Positions 55,250 through 64,000 of a stretch of DNA of 64,000 nt are shown in pieces. Origin of the DNA: Camelus dromedarius (taxonomy: Eukaryota); NCBI RefSeq assembly GCF_036321535.1, contig NC_087436.1:45386001-45450000 (forward strand). The letters run 5' to 3'. Under the pieces are notes generated by a model. It saw nothing but the letters and a program-made list of their open reading frames with translations, had not been told where the DNA came from and ran no database searches. Each line of letters begins with the position of its first letter. The first letter of the stretch is position 1. The translations under genes and the position numbers were made by a program.

Positions 55250-55954
55250 AATAGATAAGGCTTTATGTTATATTTATTTATTTTCAGCTTGAACAAATTG
55301 GATACAGAAAAATAAATATAGAACATTTCTACCATCTTCATCAAAAATGTAACAAATACGTATATTATTGTATTAAAAGTACAAAAGGAATACAGAGTCT
55401 ACCGATGTCTTTCTGAAAAACCTACAGGTACAAACAGTATCCAAAGTGTGAGGAAATCACCAGCTATTTATACATTCTGCACTTGACATCACACAGTGAA
55501 CTGAGGTTCACTGTCTATATTCCACAATTACTTAGTGCTTAGATAACATTTTGCAACTTGTGGTAGAGCCAGATTTCTATCTTTCTATATACAATGAGGT
55601 CCATAGCCTACAGCATATAACTGGCAAATAATGCATATTACATGTAAATTTACAAATGAATAGTTGAAAATGTAATATACAAGGAAGTAGAAAAATGCCC
55701 TGATATAGAAGAGAATTGTTAAAGCACTGACATTGTTTTATACAGTGAAAAAACACTGAACTAGACTTAAATTTTGAAGTTATTTACATTTATCTACTGA
55801 TCAGTATGATCAGCTGAATTTAATGGGAAAAAATTTTCAAGACCAGCAGTTCCTCACATTTGAGTGCCACTCGGATTGGCAGCCTTCGCTTTTATAATTC
55901 CTTCCATATTTTCAGAATGCTAGTCTGTAAGTTATTCTTCCAGGAATAGAATCT
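55250..55954 (-). other. Putative terminal exon / 3'UTR of an unidentified minus-strand transcript
   Basis: Acceptor tttctatttaatttcag|AG at 55954; repeat-free U-rich sequence; two TGTANATA motifs; overlapping AATAAA at 55273-55282, about 25 nt before a genomic A15. Confidence 0.65.
55273..55282 (-). terminator. Polyadenylation signal (AATAAATAAA)
   Basis: Plus-strand tttatttatt at the end of the UTR-like block. Confidence 0.55.
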
Positions 55955-55971
55955 CTGAAATTAAATAGAAA
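55893..55971. repeat. 79-bp direct repeat, copy 1 (copy 2 at 58278-58356)
   Basis: 78/79 identical by manual alignment. Confidence 0.95.
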
Positions 55972-56159
55972 ATCAACATAAAAATAGAGTGGAGGGGTCA
56001 TTTCAGCCACTAAAGAAAGGATTAATAGCTGCTGTGACCAAGTGGTTGCTACACGTGGATCTCCTCTCTCCCCGGTGTCCATAAAGCCACTTAGTGGTTA
56101 GTCTCAGGACCCTCATTGCAAAGCCTGGCATCTCTAACCAGGTTTTTGATCTTTTGATA

Positions 56160-56368
56160 CCAGTCACCATCTTGGACGAAGAAGATGGGGACTACTTCCT
56201 CAGGGATCCGCACAAGCAGTTTAGGCCTTTTGGGTTTTTGCAGAGCAGATCTGCTGTACCACCCCTGGATGGCAACACCCTGGACTCTTTTGCAAGGCAG
56301 AAGCAAACTCTGTTCTGTTTACAGTTTTGCTTTTCCAGTTACAGCAGCATCTAATTCTAACTAATACA
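56160..56368 (+). mobile_element. MLT1J-like LTR 3' part
   Basis: ccatcttggacgaagaagatgggg...gagcagatctgctgtaccaccctgga...ctaattctaactaataca. Confidence 0.6.
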
Positions 56369-56739
56369 ACTTGTAATTGAAGCTGGAGGGCTAACCCAAC
56401 TCTTTATAGACAAGGAAACTGAGAATCAGAGAGATCCAATGACGGAGTCTACAGAATTTTGTGTCCTTAGCTGTGCTGCAATAAGTATTTGTTGACTTTC
56501 TGAGTTTTAACCTGTGTTCCAGCCACCCATGATACTTCTCGATTTAGATTTTCTGTGAAAGAAAGCACTACAAGCAGGTGGCTACTTCTGTTAGGTCTGA
56601 AGCCAGTCTCTCCATAAGTCTTTCCCTTTGTTGATCCCTTTCTAGCCTTAAGGAGTAAAAGTCCCAGAAATAGTGCCAGAGGATCAATAACCCATGTAAA
56701 GATTAAAAAAAAAAAAAAACTTGGCAAGGTAAATTAATA

Positions 56740-56985
56740 ATAATAGTGGCCACCATTTATTAAACATATCTTATTCCCAGGCTCTGTGCTAAGAGTTTTA
56801 CTAAGATTTTCTCATATAATCCTCACAACAACCCTATGAAGTATTATTATCCCCCTTTTTCACAGAAGAAAACTGAATCTTCAAGGAATTGATTGACTTT
56901 CATAACTGTTCACAGTTAGTAAATGGCACATTACCCAAAATACATTAACCCGAGATTGATTGGCACCAAACACTGTGGTCTTAAG
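56740..56985 (-). mobile_element. MIR SINE
   Basis: caggctctgtgctaagagtttta...aatcctcacaacaaccctatgaagtattattatcccc..cagaagaaaactga. Confidence 0.85.
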
Positions 56986-57369
56986 TAAGTGAGAGCAGAT
57001 GTTGACTGCTCATCACTTGTTTGTGCCGTCTTCTTCTTCGTAACCATCTCTTAGCTGCTTACTAGTAGGAAGCCCAGTTTTAGTATGTTGTGCTCTCTAT
57101 CAAATAATTTTCCTTCTGCTACGTAATGATCTTCCTTCTGTCATATACATACTCTTAATGCACAGTGTACAGTGTCCATTGTAGAAGGTAGTGAAATTCT
57201 CCATTTATAAAACCAGAAGCAGCTATAGCATCTAATTAGAAATCTTTGTTCAATTTGCATATTGAAATGAGGAATGCATTACCTTATATCCATATTCCTA
57301 CAGCTTTAACTTCCCTTTGTGGAAGAAAGGGTTTTTTTTTTAAGGAAAATGAAGGTTTCTCTTAAATGA

Positions 57370-57597
57370 AGGTTACTTGCTCCTCTCTGTGCCCCATCAT
57401 TCTTGGTTCAGCTCCCTCTTACATCACTTCCCTGTTTGATGACTTATCTGCTCATCTGGCTATTTCTCCACTGAACTGACAGTGACATGGAAACATGGAC
57501 ATGTCTTTTGCTGTTATGAATCCTTAGTACTTAAGTTAGTTTTTGGCACATAGTAGGTAGATAAGTATTTATTGAATGAATGAGTGAATGAATGATC
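57370..57597 (+). mobile_element. L2 3' end
   Basis: tggcacatagtaggtagataagtatttattgaatgaatgagtgaatgaatga. Confidence 0.8.
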
Positions 57598-57709
57598 CAG
57601 TGAAAGAAAATGGCATGTTACTATACCATTCTCTTGATAATATCAACCAATGATAAAATTTAAAACAAAGAATTTAGGGTAGTTTTATTATTTTATAATA
57701 TTGAGTTCA

Positions 57710-57818
57710 GGGGGAGGGTATATCTCAGTGGTAGAGTGCATGCCTAGCATGCACAAGGTCCTGACTCAATCCCCAGTACCTCCATCAAAAATAAATAAAC
57801 CTATTTATTTAAAAAAAT
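57710..57818 (+). mobile_element. Vic-1-type tRNA-derived SINE (camelid)
   Basis: ggggagggtatatctcagtggtagagtgcatgcctagcatgcacaaggtcctgactcaatccccagtacctcca plus A-rich tail; 12-bp TSD atattgagttca (57698-57709, 57819-57830). Confidence 0.9.
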
Positions 57819-58277
57819 ATATTGAGTTCAAAACTAATTTAATATATAAGCAAGCAATTGCAAAACAAAAGAATTCTTTAAAGTCTTTTTGCCATAACTA
57901 GGCTAGACATTTCAGCTATATACTTTGAATTATGTTTACAAGACATGTTTGGACAAGAGATACAATCTTTTTCATCAGATTTTAAGGGGTTTGGTGGTTG
58001 TAAATTTTCTTTTCATGATATTCAGATATTCTCCCACATCAAATTCAAATGAAAATTTCAGTGAGCAAATAAATCATCACCTCTTGTACAACTGTAAATT
58101 ACAATCCTTCCTAGTCTTGCAAAAATGCCAGCTCTTGAATGATTATGATCAAAACTAAAAATGTTAACTGAAAGGTAGCTACCAATTGCCTCCTACAGAT
58201 GGGCAGGTTTAATTTATGAACACACAATATGAGCATGAGTATCTATCCTTTATCCTTTTCAACTGAACAATTATTCA

Positions 58278-58356
58278 TATAATTCCTTGCATATTTTCAG
58301 AATGCTAGTCTGTAAGTTATTCTTCCAGGAATAGAATCTCTGAAATTAAATAGAAA
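58278..58356. repeat. 79-bp direct repeat, copy 2 (duplicated splice acceptor and exon start)
   Basis: Matches 55893-55971 with one c/g mismatch. Confidence 0.95.
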
Positions 58357-58747
58357 GGGCTTTAAAATTGTGAATGTACTAATATGCTACTCAGAGCGAT
58401 AACACCATTGAGATGATTAGCTATTACACAGCTCCTTGTCTTTAATAATAAAAAATGATTTTAAAAGAAATCTTTTTTCTCCCCAGTAGAGTTCTGAAAT
58501 TTTTTCTCCACCTGCCTATCTCTAGAATTGTATGTCTGTAATCCTGTCACTAGAAGAAAAGACTAACCACAACATGCCAATATCCTTGACACAGGGTAAC
58601 TTGAAAAAAAAATACTTCTTCCTTTCATGAGCACATTTCTCTCACCTAAACGTCTCTGAAATAATTTATGAGATCATGAGAATTCTACATCAACTCTGAT
58701 TACTTATTTGTATTTTTCCCACTGTATTTTTCCTGATTTTGACTCAC

Positions 58748-58852
58748 CTTGCTTTTTCTTTGCTTTTTTTTTTAACCTTTTTTGTGTCTTTTAGTAGGGT
58801 AACCCTGATACTTCTTCATCTTTGCTTCTGGAATATTTTATAACCATGTTGT
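58748..58852 (-). other. Candidate internal exon (105 nt), stop codons in all three frames
   Basis: tatatttgttttag|ACAACATGG...AAGCAAG|gtgagtc (strong donor). Confidence 0.45.
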
Positions 58853-59110
58853 CTAAAACAAATATAATGTAAGGCCCATATATAAGTCCAAAGTTAAAAT
58901 AGCTAAAATTAATCAGTACATATGTATATATTAACACAATATATCCAAATATTATCAATCAACATGAATCAATAACCATTTTACTCTTTTTTTGTATTAA
59001 GACTTGAAATCTGTATGTATCTCCCACTTACAGCACATCTCATATTGAACCAACCACATTTCAATGCTTACTAGCCACGTGCGGCCAGAACCTACCTTTT
59101 GGACCGAGTA
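58845..59110. mobile_element. MER33-like hAT-Charlie DNA transposon
   Basis: aaatataatg...acacaatatatccaaatattatc...cacttacagcacatctca...ccacatttcaatgcttactagccac. Confidence 0.82.
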
Positions 59111-59236
59111 AATCTAAAATTTACTCCGTTGGCCTTAGGAAAACTTAATTTAAAAAAAACCAACTTGGAAACAGAATTTTAAAAAAACAATAATTAGCTG
59201 TCAATAAACATTACAATTTTCCAAAGCTTGGGTTAC

Positions 59237-59322
59237 CTATTCAGGAGTTATTCCACAGGCAAGATTAAGGTCTTCATGTGTGTCATTGTTGCACATTAAA
59301 TCAGCAGAATTGTTATGTGCTC
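59237..59322 (-). other. Candidate internal exon (86 nt); its only open frame ends in TAG at the donor
   Basis: ttcctgattttag|GAGCAC...GAATAG|gtaacc. Confidence 0.45.
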
Positions 59323-60094
59323 CTAAAATCAGGAACTCTAAACCACAACAGAGAGTACTGAATGTGTTCACTAGAAGATAGGATCTAAAATTTTTCTTCC
59401 TGTTTTTTAAATTAACAATCGGAAGGCTTTCATTTCGATATGGATATGACACTGGCATAAATGGAAGAGAACATGATATCATTTACTAATTTTGACATCA
59501 TCAGTTTTCCAGTGAACATGCTAAATCCTGCAGTGACAGGATTATTCTCCCCTCCACGAATGAAGAGTGAATAAAGGACACAAACTAACTTATCATTCTC
59601 TGGACAGCCTCTACCCATTGCCAAAGCCATTCCATGTGCATGCCTTGACCACATGCAGGTTTCTCTAAAACACTCAACTCGTGGCTGGGAGATCATAGCT
59701 CTACTGCCAAAGTTCTAATTGGACTAATTTCAATGTAAATATTGGACCTATCTTATCCCCTCGTTTTGGCTAGCTTCGCAAAGAGAAAAAAATAAACTAT
59801 TGAAATAATTCAGTTCAGTGTTGACAGAACCTATTTCAAACTGTCAGCACAATTGTTCAAAATGTCCCCCATGTAAATTGGTTTAAAAGAGCCTATTTAA
59901 AATGACCAGAACTGCGCCTCAGCGGCCAGCAATGTGACTAGAAATGCATAGAAGGATTTTTCTCCTTCCTTTTAGAAGCCATACTTCCAGTGGAGAAAAA
60001 TTATTTACACCATTTCTTATTAGGTAAGATTTGATTTAAATATAAATAATTTTAAATTTTAAATAACTTTCCCACAATTAATTTTGATATTTTC

Positions 60095-62130
60095 TTTTCT
60101 TTTTTCCTTTTTTTGGTGAGATAGATAGATAGATATAGATATAGATATATATGTAGTTCATATGTACAACATTATAATTCAACATCTGTATCTATTAAAA
60201 AATGATCACCAAAATCTAGTTATCATCCTTCACTGTACAGTTGACCCTCTTCACTCATTTCACTCACTGGGCCCCCCCCCCCCCCCACCAACCCTCTTCC
60301 TTCTGGTAACCATTAATGCATTCTGTGTATTCATATGTTTGCTTTAGTTTTTTGTTTGTTCCTTTGTTGTGCCTTTTTTTTTAATCCACATATGAGTGAA
60401 ATCATACAATATTTGTCTTTCTCCATCTGACTTATTTCACTTAGCATAATATCTTTAAGCTCCATCCATGTTACCACAAATGGAAGGATTTTATTGTTTT
60501 CTGGCTGAATAGTTTGCCATTATATACATATATATATATATCCCATATCTTCTTTATTCATCCATCGATGGACACTTAGATTGTTTCCAAATTTGGCTAT
60601 TGCAAATAATGCTGCCGTGAACATAAAGGAGTATATATCATATCGAATTAGTGTTTTTGTGTTCTTCAAATGAATACTTAGAAGTAAAATATCTGGGTCA
60701 TATGGTAGTTCTACTTAACAACTTAAATTCAGACTTTAATTTGAACATATTCCAAAGTTTTATCTTTTTAAAATATACTTTTGTTGACAAGTTTTACATC
60801 ATTTTATTTTATGTATCTCTTAACTAATTATTATAATTTTAGCTATTTTTACTACTTCTGTGTTTTGACTTTCATGCTTGCTTTATAAGAGATTGATCCT
60901 CTTCCTTTATTATACACTTACCTTTCCCAGTGAGATTTTTACTTTTGCATGTTTTCTAATTAGCACTATGTCTTTCCAGCTTTAAGAGGTCCTCTTAATG
61001 TTTCTTGTAGGGCTACTTCAGTGATGATGCGTGCCTTTAGCTTTTGCTTATCTGGGAAACTTGATCTCTCCTTCAATTCTGAATGATAACCTTGCTGGGT
61101 AGGGAATTCTTGTTTGGGAGTTTTTTATTTCAGCATTTTGAATACATCATGCCACTCCCTTCTGACCTGTAAAGTTTCTGCTGGGAAACTTGCTGATAAC
61201 TTCATGGTGTTTGTCTTATATTAACAAGTTGTTTTTCTCTTTGGCTGCATTAAGAATTCTCTCTTTATCCTTAACTTTCACCATTTTAATTATGATGTGT
61301 TTTGGTGTGTGTCTCTTGGTGTTCACCTTATTTAGAACTCTCTGGTTTCTTGGACCTGGATGTCTACTTCTTTCCCCAGATTAGAGAAGTTGTCAGCCAC
61401 TATTCCTTCAAGTCATTTTTCTGGCACCTCCTCTCTCTCTTATTCTGGGTCTCCTATAACACAAATGTTACTCCACTCGATGTTGTTCCAAATGTCCTTT
61501 TTAAAATTCTTTTTTCCTTTTGCTGCCCCGAGTTCCATTGTTTTGTCTTCCAGCTCACTGATTTGTTCTTCCACCTCATCTGTTCTTCTGTTGAACCTCT
61601 CTAGTGTATTTTTCAGTCCAATTATAATTTCTGTTTGGCACTTTCTTATGTTTTCTGTCTCTTTGTTGAAGTTCTCATTATGTTCATCCATTCTTCTCCC
61701 AAGTTTTATGAGCATCTTTATGACCATTACTTTGAACACTTCATCAAGTAGATTGCTTACCTCTTTCATTTTAGCCCTTCTTCTGAGGTTTTGTTTTGTT
61801 CTTTCAATCGGAACATATTCCTTTCTATATTCTCTGTTTGTTTCTATGTATTAGGTGTGCCAGCTATGCCTCCCATTCTTGAAGGACCGGCCTTATTTAA
61901 GGGACATCCTGCAGAGCTCAGAAGTGCAGTCCCACCTGGCCACCAGAGCCAAGAGCTCAAAGGGTGGTCTGTGTGTGCCCTCCTGTCGCGAGGGGCCATG
62001 GCTGCTGCAGGGTGCTGGTGGATGGGGCTACTGCTCAGCAGCTGTGAGGACCAGCTGAGGCGCAGGGGTGGGTGGAGTTCTCAGCGGGATGTGCCCACTG
62101 GTGTTAGATAAAGAATTCCAAAATGGCACC
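60095..62130 (-). mobile_element. Older L1 derivative: partial 5'UTR, ORF1, inter-ORF region, ORF2 C-terminal stub and 3'UTR (half-L1-like)
   Basis: ORF1 remnant (FKVMVIKML...ISELED...NICVIG, 61440-61769); junction to the L1 3' end near 60712; T-rich and (GATA)n tail at 60095-60150. Confidence 0.85.
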
Positions 62131-62631
62131 TGCACTGCTCTGAAGGCACTTCCTACTCAACCTTTTTTCGTCTTTTCTTCACAGAGTTCATACCAGAACC
62201 AAAGTTCTTCCAGACTCCTCCATCTTTCTCTCCATTTTCCCTCATAGGCATTTTCCCCAGTGAATAACTTGCACACAGTATTCCATTCTGGTGTCTTCTT
62301 TTCAAAGGAACCAGACTAACACAACATCATTCTTAACTTCTACCCAGTCTTAAGGATATGTCCCTTCTTCCTCCTGCTCAGGGATTGTCCATTCAACAAT
62401 ACTCTTGACCCTAACCCCTCCGATCATCTCCAGCACCTTGTTGCCCCTCCTCATTCTTACTCACAAAACTTCCATTTTTCTTCTTGGCATTTATGGTCTT
62501 TCTCAACTAAACAATAACTACCAAAATATATGCCCTGGGCACCTGACCATTTCAGTCTTTGTTTTTTCTTAACAAAGCAGAGCCCCTTTAAGAATTCCAG
62601 AAATAAAGGGTTTATTATTATAAGGATTTAC

Positions 62632-62736
62632 CTGAAGGATGGAGCAAAGGTCAGGGAATTTGCCATCAAAGTTTTGAAAAAGTGAAGTGGACACTGATGA
62701 CCACAATCTGAAGCACTGAGGCAACAGGTTATGTAT
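62632..62736 (-). other. Candidate internal exon (105 nt)
   Basis: cctgtgaactttag|ATACAT...CTTCAG|gtaaat; open in two frames; no recognisable protein. Confidence 0.35.
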
Positions 62737-63339
62737 CTAAAGTTCACAGGAAATGGAATTTTCAAGTTTCTCTGAAAAATTTTTCACCAACTAATTTGCT
62801 CCAAAGCAGTGAAGCAGGTGGTTCTCAAATAAACATAGAGAAGACTTTGGATCTCATTCAAGTTGGCATTAGCAAAATCTAACTCAGAATCCTATGGGGA
62901 AGGGGATTAAGGAACATGTAGTTCCCTGGAACACAATACAGAGGAGATTTTAGGCAAGAGTTCTGGTGATGCTCCTTTCTTACACCAAGGCCCCACTCAT
63001 GGGATGGAGGCTCTACTTTGGGGCTAGTGCATCAAGAATACTGGGTTTCCAATAGCCCTTTCTCTGGCCCACTTATAAAGAGAAATTGCTTGCCCAAGCT
63101 GAGAATACCAGAAGCTACAGCTACATCCCCTTCCGCCAAGTACCCAGCTCCTAAAGTAGGTATGTCACTCAAAAAGAAGCACATCACTGTTTCTACCTAC
63201 AGCTCTAGAAACTTGGCTGAGAGATTTTGTCAGGGGAGAGAAGGGGGGCTATAAATCAGAGAGCTTTGAATTTCTTCCCAAAGGAACTGATTTCATTTGC
63301 AACAGAGTGTGGAGAAGTTCAAGCATAAGGATGCTCTCA

Positions 63340-63655
63340 AAAACAATGGAAGTTGAGGTGAAAACCAATTAATAAAAGACTTTTAAATCCATTAGTGATG
63401 TACACTAAACCATGTGAATAGACATTCCATGTTCATGGATCAAAAAACTTAATATTGTTAAGATCGCAGTATTTCTTAAATTGACTTACATGTGATCAGT
63501 TTCGGTTTTCACATGAATTTCAGGATCGTCTTGTCAGTTTCTGCAAAGAAGCCAGCTAGGATTTTAATAGGATTGACTTAAGAGCCTAGAGAACCCAGAA
63601 ATAAACCCTTGCATATATGGTCAAATGATTTTTTAGGAGGGTACCAAGACCATTC
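63340..63655 (+). mobile_element. Old L1 ORF2 fragment with an internal micro-inversion
   Basis: gacattccatgttcatggat...cttaatattgttaagat; agaacccagaaataaaccc..atatatggtcaaatgatttt. Confidence 0.8.
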
Positions 63656-63926
63656 TTTTCCTCACCTCTCCTTCTCCCATGCCCTTTAGCTCTTTTCTTG
63701 CTTTCCCTGCAATCATGCCTCCTCCTGGACTCTGGTTAGAATTATCAGGTTTACAACCAAATAGAAAACCTGTGAGTGTGAGAACTCTGGCAGCCTGGGT
63801 CATTTCAGCATCTTGCTTCCTCTCTCTCTATCTCAGCTCCTTGTCCCTCATGGCCAGGACTAAGTTTCACTAGAACTTCCAAAACTAAAAAAAAAAAAAA
63901 AACCCACAAAACTTTATTTCTCTTAC

Positions 63927-64000
63927 CTAATTCAGAAAAATGTGAGGCAAATGCTACCTTTCTTAGTACTACTTTTATCAGGACCTCAAGAAGTTATACA
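63927..64000 (-). other. Candidate exon 3' part; may extend past the window edge
   Basis: Strong donor GAATTAG|gtaagag at 63927/63926. Confidence 0.35.

Noticed and set aside
55235..55954. Processed pseudogene interpretation (A15 after AATAAA)
   Set aside because: No TSD found, and the block begins with an intronic splice acceptor; a genomic terminal exon fits better
56091..56354. Protein-looking 86-aa ORF (possible retrocopy)
   Set aside because: Largely overlaps an MLT1-like LTR; non-ATG start; no poly(A) or TSD
57710..57785. tRNA-like sequence
   Set aside because: Has an A-rich tail, a TSD and a degenerate T arm, so a SINE rather than a tRNA gene
58748..58852. Selenocysteine or readthrough reading of the single TGA in one exon frame (QHGYKIFQKQR*RSIRV...)
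   Set aside because: The upstream exon has two TAA stops in the joined frame, and I see no convincing SECIS in the terminal block
59420..59510. Possible C/D snoRNA (minus-strand TGATGA)
   Set aside because: No properly placed CTGA D box or terminal stem
61360..61854. 164-aa Ser/Leu/Phe-rich ORF
   Set aside because: Antisense frame of L1 ORF1
1..64000. CRISPR arrays, operons or other prokaryotic systems
   Set aside because: Sequence is mammalian; no regularly spaced repeat-spacer array or gene-dense region

Overview
AT-rich, repeat-dominated mammalian genomic DNA. A tRNA-derived Vic-1-type SINE (57710-57818) and artiodactyl-type L1 3' ends point to a camelid. I can support no intact host protein-coding gene; nearly all long ORFs in the track are L1/LTR-derived or chance. 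The window holds ancient MIR, L2, MLT1/ERVL LTR and hAT MER fragments plus several L1s. One is a ~5.4 kb L1 lacking its RT core (28263-33618). Two keep the 5'UTR, ORF1 and 3' end but lack almost all of ORF2 ('half-L1' architecture; 48029-51138 and ~60095-62130). The right end appears to hold the 3' end of an unidentified spliced minus-strand transcript: candidate exons 64000-63927, 62736-62632, 59322-59237 and 58852-58748, then a terminal exon 55954-~55250 with AATAAA, Pumilio sites and stem-loops. No continuous ORF runs through these exons. A 79-bp near-perfect copy of the terminal 3' splice site lies 2385 bp upstream, and a strong CTCF motif lies just past the 3' end. Repeat family names are from memory of consensus sequences, not a search. 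Boundaries without TSDs are approximate.
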